DNA of 64,000 nt from Acanthaster planci (Eukaryota). Below are positions 38,226-50,346 of this stretch, piece after piece (position 1 is the stretch's first letter; each line of letters begins with the position of its first letter). Below the pieces are notes generated by a model that was not told the origin of the DNA, searched no databases, and was given only the letters and a program-made list of their open reading frames with translations. The translations under genes were made by a program, and so were the position numbers. Location of the stretch: positions 3,082,646 through 3,146,645 of the forward strand of contig NW_019091355.1 of assembly GCF_001949145.1 (NCBI RefSeq), given 5' to 3'.

Positions 38226-41200
38226 GCGACCCTCCCCACTCTTACCACAGTGAGCACCACTCCCGCGTTTTCGCTCTCTGGATATCCATTTTTACAGCCA
38301 GAAAAAAAGCAGCAAGCTACTATACACGTGCCTGTAGAGACCGCCCCGGTTCTTCGTTACCGTGAGAGGAAAAAATGATGTAATTTATGGTTGACATAAA
38401 CCATTAAAGGGGTGCAATGAAACAACCTTTTTTCCTTTGGAAAGTGTTGTAAACCAAGTGGAATTAGGTTCAGACAAGATAAATTGGGTTCCATTATCTC
38501 CCAAGTTGACTCGTCGATTACAAATCAGTGGTTTCCTGTCCTGTACTCCTCGAGAAATAAATGGGTCTATATTTTTCCCTCAAAGCCCTCAAAGTCTTTT
38601 TCTTGTCAGTGAAGATGATACAGGAGGGGTAGAATAGTCCATGTTCTTCAAAATGAAAGAGTTGAGCTGAAATCCCGAAAGGGAAAACGTGCCAAAAAAT
38701 GTTTTTTTGGGTTTTTTTATATGTTGTTATCTTTTAATCGTTTGGTCACCGAATTATTGGTTACCGAGAAAACAGTAGACACAGTGGTCACCCACAGTGG
38801 AAAACCAGACGCTGTAGCGAACGGGTTGCGATCTACACACGCACGTTTTGAGCAAAATGCGCAGTGACGCACTGTAAAACAGTGTACGCTAGCTGGACGT
38901 AGCCTACATCCAGCTGGTCGTGGTGCAGGTGATCACATTACACCGAGGCCAGTTGGGGACCCTTACTGCCTTCGTCCCACCGGTGAAGGGGGTCTTAGAA
39001 CTGCACTACGGTCCTTTGGAAGGTATCGGGCAGGGCGAACTCGACTCCACCCATCCATCGACTCTCTACGAAAAGGAGGGGGCATTCAAGCTTAGCAGTG
39101 CATGGGTAACGGTGAAGGAGTAGACGCTACTCAAGTCGCCTGCAATGATTGGTCAAAATGTACCATGTGAATGCAGTTCATCTCAAGCGCCCCAATTAAA
39201 TTCTCCAGAGCTGGATTGATGGTGTGTCCCTTTAAATCGCCATCGCCCTTGTTTTGCCTGGAAAGGGGCGTTATTTATTTTTGCAAGCTGGATCCTAATT
39301 GATATAGTGTTTCAGCTCGCTTGCTGGCTTTGTGTAAAGTTTAATTGTAGTTCCAAATAATAGATGTCAGGCGATCCTGGCAGGTTTTATGTCATGAAGC
39401 GTTAATGTTTATGTCGACCGGGTTTTTATTTACTTGCGTGCGTTTGGCAACATTGATGTGAGCTGTTCCCAACAGATCGTCCGGTGTACAGATACTCCAT
39501 TAAATTGTTATTGCATGATAAGTCATCATTTCTGCCCTTTTGTCTTGCGGAAAGCATGTGGCGGGCACACCAGCGTTCCTGTTGTTTCTGGCCTCGGCAC
39601 ATCACTGTGAGCGAGACATCTGATCCTAGTCGGATTACGGACTCGGGGCTGTATCATCCCTGCTTGCCGGGTACCGTGACTTCGCTGCCGGCGTCCCCTT
39701 GCGGTTCTCCAACGAAAACGAGAGCCCATAAAAATCTCCCGTTGCGCCGAGCGAGCAACCTTGGGGCGGTCCCCGATTTAGCCCGACTCTGTCCCCGCGA
39801 GCAGGTCCCATATACCGCCCGGCGTCTGTTTCCAACCCCCGTCTCCCGTTTCTGTGTGGAGGTACCCAATTTGCACTTTCCATAAATCGGACATTTGCGG
39901 AACGCAATAAATTTTCACTGTCCTGAGCAGCAGGGTATAATGCCCCTAATGCCGTATCAGTTTCGACTTCTCCTTCATTACAAAGAAAACTTCACCGGTC
40001 GTCACTTCATAAGCAATATCTCCAGCATATGTTGTTGACATTTTGAGTGATCGTCAACGGAAGGGAATGCCAATTAAAACGAAAGAAAACATTTCGTATA
40101 CTTCCAATTCAGCCGTGCATGCATTTTTTGTACAGTTTCACAATAAAAACAAACAAGCAGAAGCAAAATAATAACTGGAAAGGTCACCGCGTAGCCTCCG
40201 CTCACGCACTTTATTTTCATCGCAAAATGTCACGGTTTGGTTCTTACTCTCCTTTAAAGAAGTTTCCGCTTCCGAAATAAAAGCTGCTTAATAAAAGTAA
40301 GTGTCCTGCGATTGGTCATGAATGAGAGTATCTGTGCTTCAATATAGATAGGAATACCCTCCTAACAAGTCAGTCATGAGCCCTGAAAACGGACAGCAAC
40401 GCACAAGTTACTCATCACAGCAGCAGCCGCACGTTCACCATCTAAAGAGCACCTGTTACAAAATAGAATCAGTAAAGGGCAACAGTTAATTTCGGGGAAA
40501 AATATTAATTAGCGGTAGCTTTAAATGCCTGATGGTTTCCATTTTGTAAAGTCGCACCCGATAACAATATGCAAGCGCGCCGTCATGTCAGTGACAAGCT
40601 TGAATAGAACTCAGGGTAGAAAACAAGGTGTCTGTCTCGTACTCAGTTTTCTCAATTGTTTTCCCCTGTTTTCCTCTCAATCGGTGCTCTTTTCTAGACG
40701 CGTCGATAACTCTTGCCAACGATGAACAACGTGAATTCCGAAGCTATGAACCTGGCGACACAAAGTGACAGCGAGTTTTCTGGTTGCGTCCGTCAACTCA
40801 TTGTTTTTCCCGATTAGCCGTGCTAGCTATTCCAATTTTCCCAAGTGGTTTACGAAAGCTTGCCACATGTTCCACCTTAGATTTTTTTAAAATATTATTA
40901 CCTCTCCGTATCTTCTTCACTGTGTGACTTGTCCTCTTTTTTCCGACTTTCTCCCTCAAACTTTCATCCCGCGAGCCCTCTACCTTTCAATAGGTCCTGC
41001 CATCAAACAGGTGAAACGCATGATATTCTCTGGAAAGAAATCTAACCTTTGAAAGATGGGGCGCATAGTGTAATCTTAAGGTGGATGAAGGAACAAAATC
41101 AGAATGGTAAGCTACGGTGACTAATTCCACACCCCATCCGTGTATTTTAAGTGGGTTCCTCTTTGCAAAAATATTATACTAGAGAAAGCATGCTTCAAAG

Positions 41201-41773
41201 ATTTTACCAGTAAAAGTGCGTCGAAATCCTAACTCCTTCCTGAAGTCCCCCCCCGGAAGGGGCGTAGCCTAGGCATACGACTGTGGAACTAAACCTAATA
41301 AGGTTCCAGTTGCATCACTAGCTACCGTGACACCAAGTGTGACTAATAATTGCGGGGAAGGTCACCTTCATACACTCAATTACAGATAGCTACAGCCTTA
41401 AACAACACACACACCGTAGTATGTGAAATTGTTTGGGGGGAAAAACAAAAGCAAAACAGCCTGTGCATACATAATTGGATAAGTACCTTACAACTTAGCA
41501 GTCTGAACAGCTGGCTTTTCACGAGTCGGCCATACTGAATTGGAAGCGAGGTCAACGTTTTATCCGGGGAATTAAGAATAAACATGTAAACTTGTGAACT
41601 AAAGTCCAACATTAATGAGTGTCATTTATGCTGAAGAATAAGTTAGAATTGTAAATGATTTTATCTAATTGTTTAAAAAAATATTTGAAAAATAATGTAG
41701 GCATTGAACCAAAAGTAGTCTGGTACCTCTCCATTTAACAGATAAATGGCAGTGAATAGGACTCAGGGATGAA

Positions 41774-41955
41774 TATCCGGTTCGTAAGTGAATTCGTCAC
41801 AAAGTCGGACGCTCCACGATTTGTAGGCTCTCATTGGACAATCGCTGAAGTTGCGCGTTTAACTTCCGGTTCCAATGTATGTGACCCTAAGTGCAGTGCA
41901 CGTGTGCAGTGGACGTGGTTTAAACTGAAGTGACGTCACACTTACGAACTGGATA
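41774..41955. mobile_element. TA-flanked MITE
   Basis: ta|TCCGGTTCGTAAGTGAATTCGTCAC ... GTGACGTCACACTTACGAACTGGA|ta inverted termini. Confidence 0.7.
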
Positions 41956-42707
41956 CAAAAACTTTAAAGTGAATCGCACGCGTATTTCAAAAGCTGCACG
42001 CTCGCGCATACGTATTCTGTTGCACGTCGCGCATGCGGTTAGATCGCGCAAGGCATGGTGGGAGCCAACATGGCGTGGATGGGAACGAGGTTGGTCTATT
42101 GGAACTTGCAACATTCCCTCCACCTATTGCTCAAATCCTTATTCGTTCGAGTATCACTTCAACTGATTAAGTCGGGGTTTTCAAATACATTAACCAGAAA
42201 AATCACTACAGGGTGCTGGCGTATCCGCCCCACAGACATGTTATAAATGCATAGACCGCCAGGTCCTTTTCAAAGCTACAGGGTTTTTTCGTGATCTGCG
42301 TAGCGCCCGACTAAAATCAAATCAATGGGCAAATTCACCCCTCGATATAGGGAATTCACGCACAATATTGAAGAATTACAAACATAAAATTCTATGAAGC
42401 CATTTTTGATTGTAAAAAGAATCCTCTCTTTACTCAATCTGGCCCATAGGGATTCAAAACAATGCGGTTACAACATTTGAAAAGAAAAGATAGCAGTACC
42501 GAAGAGCAAAAAACGTGAACGTATTTTGAAGCGCATGTAAACAAATGTAAGTGAAATGTAAGTGTGTTGCCCGTAGTGCGCACTGAAAGCGCTGCCATCC
42601 ACCGTTTCGCCCATTGTTTACTGGGCAAAATCATGGTTATACGCGCAAGACCGGCGGTCTATGCCTTTATAATTTCGCACCCACAGACATATAAACCGCA
42701 AGCAGCA

Positions 42708-42828
42708 AAAGAAAGACAGGTGGTTGTAAGTTTTTCAAGCGGGTTCTTACACGCGTTCTGCGTGTACGCAAAGACCACACATTAAGGAAATAATTCGTTA
42801 CGCGTACTCAGCGTGCTCCGCGTCAAAC
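42708..42828 (+). repeat. Dispersed repeat copy A (inverted partner at 45292-45403)
   Basis: AAAGAAAGACAGGTGGTT...CACGCGTTCTGCGTGTACGCAAAGACCA...GTACTCAGCGTGCTCCGCGTCAAAC matches the reverse complement of 45292-45403. Confidence 0.8.
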
Positions 42829-44689
42829 ACGCCACTGATCTCCATTATAAACGCGCGCTAATGCAGTTAGTACCAGTAAATGAAACATGCTCTCAAAAAA
42901 AATCTAAAAATCTCGCTGAAAACCACTGTAACCTAAACTCAGGCACTCGTTTATTAGATTTTCCCCACAGGTGAAATGAGGGTTTCCGGAAAACTCGTCA
43001 ATTCCACAATATTGGCAACTTGCCATTGAATTTCTACGAAACTTTCCCGCGTTCTCGTCGTGGGGCGCTCGCCGCGTGGAGATGGCTCACTTCAGAGAGG
43101 GCTGACAGCATTCCATATCGTAACTGGACAACTTTTTTTCACCCTTCTTCCGCGAGCGTGGAATGTTTATCAACACGGTATAAATATCACACTTCGGTGT
43201 CCCGTCGAGGCCTGGGTCCGCGGCGCTGCACCAGGCGACACTGGCGAGGGTGAATCATGTTATTTATTGCCCGACATCTACAAGGGAGCCGTCACGCTGC
43301 CTTGCCCCGTGATGGGAAAACGCTGACGAGCAAACCGACCCGTCCACCCCCCCTCCCCCCACGCGCGGGACTAATGAACAACGAATTAGCCAGATCATTC
43401 TGCTTTCCGACATCGCCATTTTGATTTCCCGATGGACTTTATCGGCGCTGTCCCCGCCTTCAGACCATCAACTCCGCCAAGTCGTTGGTTATTGACTAAT
43501 GCCGTCAGAGCGAGTTTCACCCCGCTCTCCCCTTCGCCAAAGTGGCACATATCGCCTGCCCTTCTCCGAAAACGCCACGCCTGATACCCGATATCCAATT
43601 TATGCGCCGCGCATCCAACTTGACAACCCAATATTTATACAAGACTCTTTGGCGTGACAGAATCAAACAGCATCCAATGAAGTTTACGTCAGTCATTTTC
43701 CCAAGGCTCGTAACTCAGTCCAGCCTGAGGACAAGTCGACATAAAACACACTCCTATAGTTCCTCGGTGTTCCGCAGCTAGACCAGAGAAGTAGCGCCAG
43801 GCTTTCTCTTCAGTTAATTTCATCCCATCTTCGCGAAATAAGGAGAGAAAACCGCTGTACATGTCCCCAGGCATTACAAGAAACTGCTAAACGTCAAATT
43901 TTTTTTTGTGTTAAAAAAATATTCGCAAAATGGCGGGAGAGACATTGGATGGTACCGTTAGCCGACCCAACCACCATGTTCACACAGCTATCATCGCGAT
44001 TAATTATAATCGTGTGAGCCATGTTGCCATTAGTGGCTGATCCAATCATTACCCAATTCGAAATCGGGAATTTTTTGTCCTCATGTGATATCATTATCCA
44101 ACCTGAGTCGTATCTCTCGATAACAAGTGGTTGCGCGAATTGCGTGTCTTGTCGAAGAGTGTCGCGAGGAAGTCGAAGAGGATAGCGACGGGGGGAAATG
44201 GAATTAAAAAAACAGATACGTCCCTGCGGATAGATCTGTACCTTTTCAGGTACGACGCGTCAGAGGCGCCGAAGCGGCCATCCCGCCCCATCGCCCAAGA
44301 TTTCGCGCTTGCGTAGCCGTAGCGTGCTGGATATTTTCTGCCTCCGTGACCGAATGCTCACATCGCTACTGATGCATAGAGAATGCCAACTACATGTACA
44401 AGCACACGTGCGCATCACCTGCAACAAAAATACGCAGGCCTGTTTTTGATCAGCAAAGCCCTTTTTCTCAGGGATGTCCACGTCTTCTGCATGCCCCATG
44501 TCGGTCCGTAAAAAAAAACTGAGTCACACCACATAGTAATACTGAGCTGTTCTCCATCTTTCACAAGTGGCCTTTCTTTCATAGAGCAACCTTCGTAATG
44601 ATGTTTCCGGTGCTTTTGTGCCATCTCTAATAGAACACGTCTTATTATCTTGTGGCCGGGCAACGATGCGTGGCAGTTACGCTTGGCCG

Positions 44690-45106
44690 AGCACCTATAT
44701 AAGTCCCTTAACTTTCTCTCCCCCCTCCGGTCTTCTTGCGTGTTTCCGTCACGACTGACAGCGGACAGATGTGAACCCGTCTCCCTAAGCGCCCCGCCGA
44801 GGAGGCGACCCCCCGTCTTCGGAGTCGGGACGGTTGGCACTGGCGGCTTTTTCGTGTCTTAACCACCCTTTCTCATTTGCTCTTTCTATATCCGAAAACC
44901 TGTCACTCTAAACTAGACGGTGACCTAAACTGTATGTGATGTCCTCTCCTGAAGACGACTAGAGGTTCCTGGTCGAAACGTCGAGTTTACACCCACCGGT
45001 TCTTCTCTGCGTCACCACTCTTACACGTACAGAGGAGATCGATTCCGCACGGTGCACCCGCAAACCGTCTCTCAGTCTAATTTCCGCCATGCAAAGCTTA
45101 AAATCT
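44690..45106 (+). mobile_element. Penelope-like element terminal fragment (boundaries approximate)
   Basis: Contains CTGAAGA-C-stem-GAAACGTC, the ribozyme signature typical of Penelope-like element terminal repeats. No coding remnant confidently identified. Confidence 0.65.
44946..44985 (+). ncRNA. Minimal type I hammerhead ribozyme (Penelope-associated type)
   Basis: CTC-CTGAAGA-C-GACTAG-aggttc-CTGGTC-GAAAC-GTC-GAG: helix I CTC/GAG, CUGANGA core, 6-bp helix II with one G-U pair, GAAA, palindromic ACGT helix III, predicted cleavage after GUC at 44982. Confidence 0.8.
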
Positions 45107-45291
45107 TACTTGTGTAAATTGAATTTGTAAGTTGCAGAGTATCCTTATTTTGTACGAGTCAACACCGTCTTCCAATATACAATAAAGCGCGTAACAAAAG
45201 AGGGCATTTTTTTGGGGGGGCGTGTTTTTTTTTGGGGGGGGGGTTGGTGCTCACCGCGTAGGCGCGCCATAAGGCGCCCAAGTATATGCAC

Positions 45292-45403
45292 GTTTGACGC
45301 GGAGCGCGCTGAGTACACGTAAGTAATTCACTCCGGCATGTATGGTCTTTGCGTACACACAGAACGCGTGCAAGAGCCCGCTTGTAACCACCTGTCTTTC
45401 TTT
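45292..45403 (-). repeat. Dispersed repeat copy B
   Basis: GTTTGACGCGGAGCGCGCTGAGTAC...TGGTCTTTGCGTACACACAGAACGCGTG...AACCACCTGTCTTTCTTT. Confidence 0.8.
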
Positions 45404-48051
45404 CGCCGATTGAGGGTGCACTTCAGCTCGGGGTGGATTGTTCTGTCATCTATGAACTCGACATATTAGCCATTTCGTAACATAATGACATTAAAGAATG
45501 CTTTTGTTGTCTCTGACAGTTTTTCTCACTTTGATAATGTAAAGGGAAAAATTTGGTTATACAGTAACCCGTTGTTCATGCAACTGTCGAATGTCCTTTC
45601 ATTACATGTTGGCCCGCATTATTTTCCGTAAAGTTTTCAAAGGGCTGCATGATTGTATTAATAAATTACGTCGGTTTTACCCTTTTTTCTTATTATAAAC
45701 CATACTCCTGGAAATTTTTTCCTACAATACCACCATGTAACTGTAATATCGTCGTAATCACATTCGGTAATCAGAGCTTTGAACATGGATCCCACACGTA
45801 ACCTACGCATGCACACAGGCTTTGATAGCCATCAAATACCATGATCTGGCGATTTGAACCTGTTTGGGTGCACCCCTGTAAATAAATTCCCATAGACACC
45901 AGTAAAAACCCCTATACTTTAAAAATTCGTTTAAAAATACTCAGAACTCTCACAGGTGTTCAGGCTGAAGGTAAGATTTGAAGGTTTGAGGTTGATGGCT
46001 GAGGATGTTCGACATGTCCTTTCATTTTCCTTTCAATTTTTAGTGAGTTGACCAATGAATTTTGAGACATTCTCACTTAAAGCATACCCCCCCTAAAATG
46101 AAGGAAATTCACCTGCTCAGAAAAGTAGCCAAAATGCATCCCTCTGCAAAATGGCTAAATAGTGCCACATTCGCACCAGATTCCATCCAAATTGCCCAGA
46201 ATTTGAAGCCCTACAAGTCCAGGCTTGAGGTTCAGTGCCATATCTCTTCAATTACCCAATTCCATGGCTCTCAGGACTCTCTAATTTGGAATATTTTGAG
46301 CGTGTAACTTTAAATAATGCTCTCGGCGGTCATTATTTGTGGCCTATTCACTGGGGTGCACACTTGGAATGGTGTATAAGAACGTGTTTAAAGAAATTGT
46401 TGTCGACATCAAACAGTCACCGGCGCGGAGTTGCATCTTTTTCCTTGCTCCAGCGGGAACCTCGTCGCGGATGCGCCTTGGATATATTGCCCACACCCGA
46501 GTGAGTTTCTTTAATATTTGATGGCTGACATGTTAGTTGGCCGGGCTTTATTAGTTTGGGCCTCCGTCACCGCACTCATCCGGGGCAGGCGGACCCGCGC
46601 GGGATCGGGAGGGCACCAAGGCTCCGCACAGTGCGCGGACAGAGCAGGAACGCCTGTGCGCCGACGGGCCACCGCGGGACCATGCATGGCCTCCTGTTAA
46701 GGCGTCGGTGGACCCTCTCTCTCCCTGCACAGGTCCGGGACAGTGCCGTCCAGAGGGGACTTTGGAGGGATATGGTTCTGGGCCTGTTCGCGATTTAATC
46801 ATCTTGTATCGCATTACCCGCACTTGAGATGAGATCTCAGCATGTCTCATCAGCGGGCGAGAACTTTGCTTTTGAAATGAGTCACAGTGTGGAGACCTTG
46901 AGCCACATGTAATTATTGGATAATTCGTTGATGAAGACTACGTCTGTCACTATCTTAGATTACAGTCAGGCAGAACTTGCCTGAAACAAAGTGGATTTAG
47001 TGAGAACGTTTTATTGTACTCTAGAGGCAGTCTGAGATATTGTAAAATACATAATCGCAAATGTTCACGCTATTATATCGATTTTTTTGCTATTGCAGCA
47101 GAACAGCGAAATGGCTGTACAAAAGTGTCTGCTTAAATTTATACAGTATCATTTCCGGATCCTTACCTTTGATTAAGCCAAGTGGTAGATCCGAGTCGTA
47201 CACACCATCAAGATAACGTGTATCGATCCAGTGTGCTCTCAGGATCGTATTTGCGTAAATCCATTATAATTGTGAAAACTATTGAGTAAAATTGAAATGA
47301 AGTACTGGTGAGCAACTATACCCACCCCCCCAAATGGAAGATAAGTTCTGAACCTAAATGTATGGAGAATGGTTATAACAATGCAGTGTCCCTGTGGCTT
47401 CCTCCACCAAACAACCAAACAAAAACTCATCTGGAGAGGCGGTCTGCTACACAGAAGAGACTCATCTCCGGCGAGGAAGGGATTCTCGATCTCGCAAGAT
47501 GAAGAAGAAGCTGGTAGACGCGATACCAGCGACTGTCACGGTATTATGTCAAACGGCCAGCATCTTTCACGGTGAATCAATACTGTGACTATGAGCCGCG
47601 CTAAGTTAACAAAGAAAATCGACGACTTTGTTTGCAGCTCACTCATGCTCTTCGGCATTTCTTATTTTCACAACACACCCATTCTGGTAGCCTGTTTATA
47701 TTTGGGGGAAAATGAATGCAAGGATGTGCCAGCAAATACTGGAGAATGGATTTGTTTTGTCTGCTTTGTATGCTTGCTTAGTGTTAATGATCTCTCATAC
47801 CGGGTTGTCTACGCTGGTATGGTTGGTTCTTTGTCTTTCGTGCTGTGCGTTCGGTTTGGTTTGTTCCTACTTAAGGGATGGGTAATTTTATTACAGAATT
47901 TTTTTTTTAGAAAATTTGAAGCGTTCTGTCAAACTGGATGTTTTTATGTTTCTTGGTTTGGTTTTCAATTTTATTATTATTTGTTTGATACTCTGCACGG
48001 CACACTTTTTTTGCTTCGACTTTCATCAACATCATCAGTTTCAAGAGTCTT

Positions 48052-48107
48052 CCCCCTCCCCCTACCCCACCCCTACCCCCACCCCTACCCCCACCCTCAC
48101 CCACCCC
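48052..48107. repeat. (CCCCTA/CCCCCA)n C-rich tract; G-quadruplex potential on the - strand
   Basis: More than 8 runs of at least 3 C separated by 1-4 nt. Confidence 0.85.
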
Positions 48108-49329
48108 AACTTTTGCCCATACCACTTCACCAGCAGTTCTATTATTCCACGGTTTCGTGACATCGCCCAAATTCTCGAGTCCACTCACCGCCTGATAATG
48201 TCAGATATCGAGTTAGGCCACCGATATACTGTTTCAGACACCTGCATAAGGGCATCCGTAGTTAATTCTACGATTCTCTCTTTTTAACCTTCAGAGAGGG
48301 TCTGTGGGTTGGGGGAGGGGACTGCTTGCTTGTCCCCGGAAATTCTTATGATTATCATTGTTTATTCTCGTAGGAAATTCTCATAGACTTGGCTGCTTAA
48401 AAACCGTGTTTTTCCTCTGTTCTGTCTATCTCTAAGCCCACAATTAAACTGGTGTGCGCTCAATCAACTCGTGGGACAAAATACAATGTCAAGTTGATCT
48501 GAGAAAGTTGAGTTTCACTGCTCTCTACGCTGCACCATGTTCGGTTGAATCCGGAAGGTGATTTTCAAAAATTGGTTTCAACATGTGTCAACAACCGTCG
48601 TTGTTATAGTTATGTGTACATGACAGAATTTCCCCAAAAATGTATCAAGAAGTCATACATTCAAGATTTCGCCTCTCGTCGCCCTAGACGTTTTAGTAAA
48701 AGTAAACTACGTAACAACGAGATCGATCGCTTTTTAACTTCAGCTCGTTATTGTAATTTCAAAAAGGTTATATCTAAGTATTGTTCCTCAGACAACGCCG
48801 TAAAGAATTGTGGTGCTGCCCTTGGGACTGTCTGGTAGGGCCGTTCCGTAATATTATCAGGATTTGATATATGACACGGGATTCTCCGTATTATGACGTG
48901 TCCCCCCTAAAAAAAAGATGATTCATTTACCACATTAACTTGGGCCGTTTCATCCCATCTGTTCTCGCTTTTTCATGTAGGTCGCCGAAACTTTAATATT
49001 GGGCCTCCCAGATGGATTTATTTTATTATCTGGGCTCCTGACGAGAAGTGGAACGGGGAGAAAAAAAAGGGTTCGCCTCCGCTCATCTCAGAATTCTTGG
49101 GTAATCCCCTGGGAGTTTTGTTTTCTAATTAAGTTCTTGTTAATGACGGCGAGAGGTGGTGGGGTTTTTGAGGCGTCGTTGTTGGGGCTGACTGCGTGTT
49201 GCGCGAGCGTGCGGTTGAGTGTGCGGTATCAACTCCCTTCAATTTGCACTCGGTATTGTGGTTGGTTTTGATGAGTTTACCGTGCCCACGGTTTTGACAG
49301 GGCCGGGTACCGTGCTATTGAACGAGAAC

Positions 49330-49650
49330 CGGGCCTACCACGCCCACTGCAGCCGAATCGACCAATGGCCTCTGGCTCTGCCGTCTGCACCTTCGGGGCG
49401 CGTAGCCTTGTCATTCAAATGTCGCCGCCCCGGATTGGTCGGCGTTCGACGCACGGCTCTGCGCGGACTGCCTTGCCAAACCGAGGGCGTAGACCAATCG
49501 GGGCCGCCGTAGCTGGTGCGGTTTTGCACGGTGACGGGGCGAGCAATATTATGGAAGCTCGGCGGATGGGGGTCTGTGCACGCACCAGTAACCCGGTAAA
49601 TAGTTATCACTTCGCTTCCTGCTCGCTTGTCTGAGAAGTCAGTATTCGGG
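49330..49650 (+). promoter_or_regulatory. Candidate proximal promoter for exon 1b
   Basis: CCAAT at 49362 and 49494, ATTGG at 49434, CCACGCCC at 49338, CCGCCC at 49425, Inr-like TCAGTA at 49639. GC/CpG-rich relative to flanks. Confidence 0.6.
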
Positions 49651-50291
49651 ACCCGGCCACGTCTTCTGTTCCCCGCGCGCTCGCACCTTGGGGGCCCGAG
49701 TCACCGAATCGAAGTCACTCAGTCATTTGGCAACCTCGCACTCCATCGCTTGTGCAGAAGGGCCTGCTAACACCACACCGACGCACACGACTTCTGTTTG
49801 CTTTTGCCAGCACGGAGACTGACCAGCGACGGACCATAACTTCACGAGCCGTTACAGCTGACAGAGCTCCATCCTCCCAGCGTCCCCAGATACTTTTGAG
49901 CACACATCTTTTTTCCGAGCATCGCCATTCTCTGGAAGTCTGGAGTCACCTCCTCCTCCATTTGTTGTTGTTTTTTCTCTGCCTGAGCCGACGATCCCCG
50001 GGATCAATGCCTTTATAATTCAATTTGCCGGTGGAGGAACCGACGGGCTTGTGAGAGCTCCACTCCGCTCCTGTGTTTCGCGTTGTTACCGGGCCGTCAG
50101 CCGAACACCTTGAACCGTTCAGCGCAGCCACGGACGGCGAGGCAGACGTGCGAAAATTGGCCACGTTCACCGGGCTGCTTACCGGACCGTACTGTTTCCT
50201 GGCCGTAAAATCCACTGGCTGTGTCCAGGGCCCGGTTTGATCGCCACACACACACACAAAAAGAATTAGCAGAGTTGTCTGACCGTGTATT

Positions 50292-50346
50292 ATGACAACG
50301 ATGATGGATCTGCACCGGAGAGCGCATCAAATGCCGCACGGTTCAT
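50292..50346 (+). CDS. Pax2/5/8: Candidate proximal first coding exon (1b) of Pax2/5/8: MTTMMDLHRRAHQMPHGS
   Basis: ATGs at 50292, 50301 and 50304 (the last has A at -3 and G at +4). Phase-1 donor CAT|GTAAGC at 50347 is in frame with exon 58985. Preceded by ~650 nt containing only one ATG, and by a CCAAT/GC-box cluster. MDLH resembles the MDMH/MDL starts of vertebrate Pax2/Pax5. Confidence 0.7.

Noticed and set aside
38072..38365. His/Asp/Thr-rich ORFs
   Set aside because: Artefacts of the degenerate trinucleotide repeat.
47394..47588. ETHL motif suggesting a LINE endonuclease
   Set aside because: Isolated four-residue match with no other APE motifs nearby.
47585..48287. 191-aa and 123-aa ORFs with PHPYPH/PTPTPT tracts
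   Set aside because: Produced by T-rich low-complexity sequence and the C-rich hexamer repeat.
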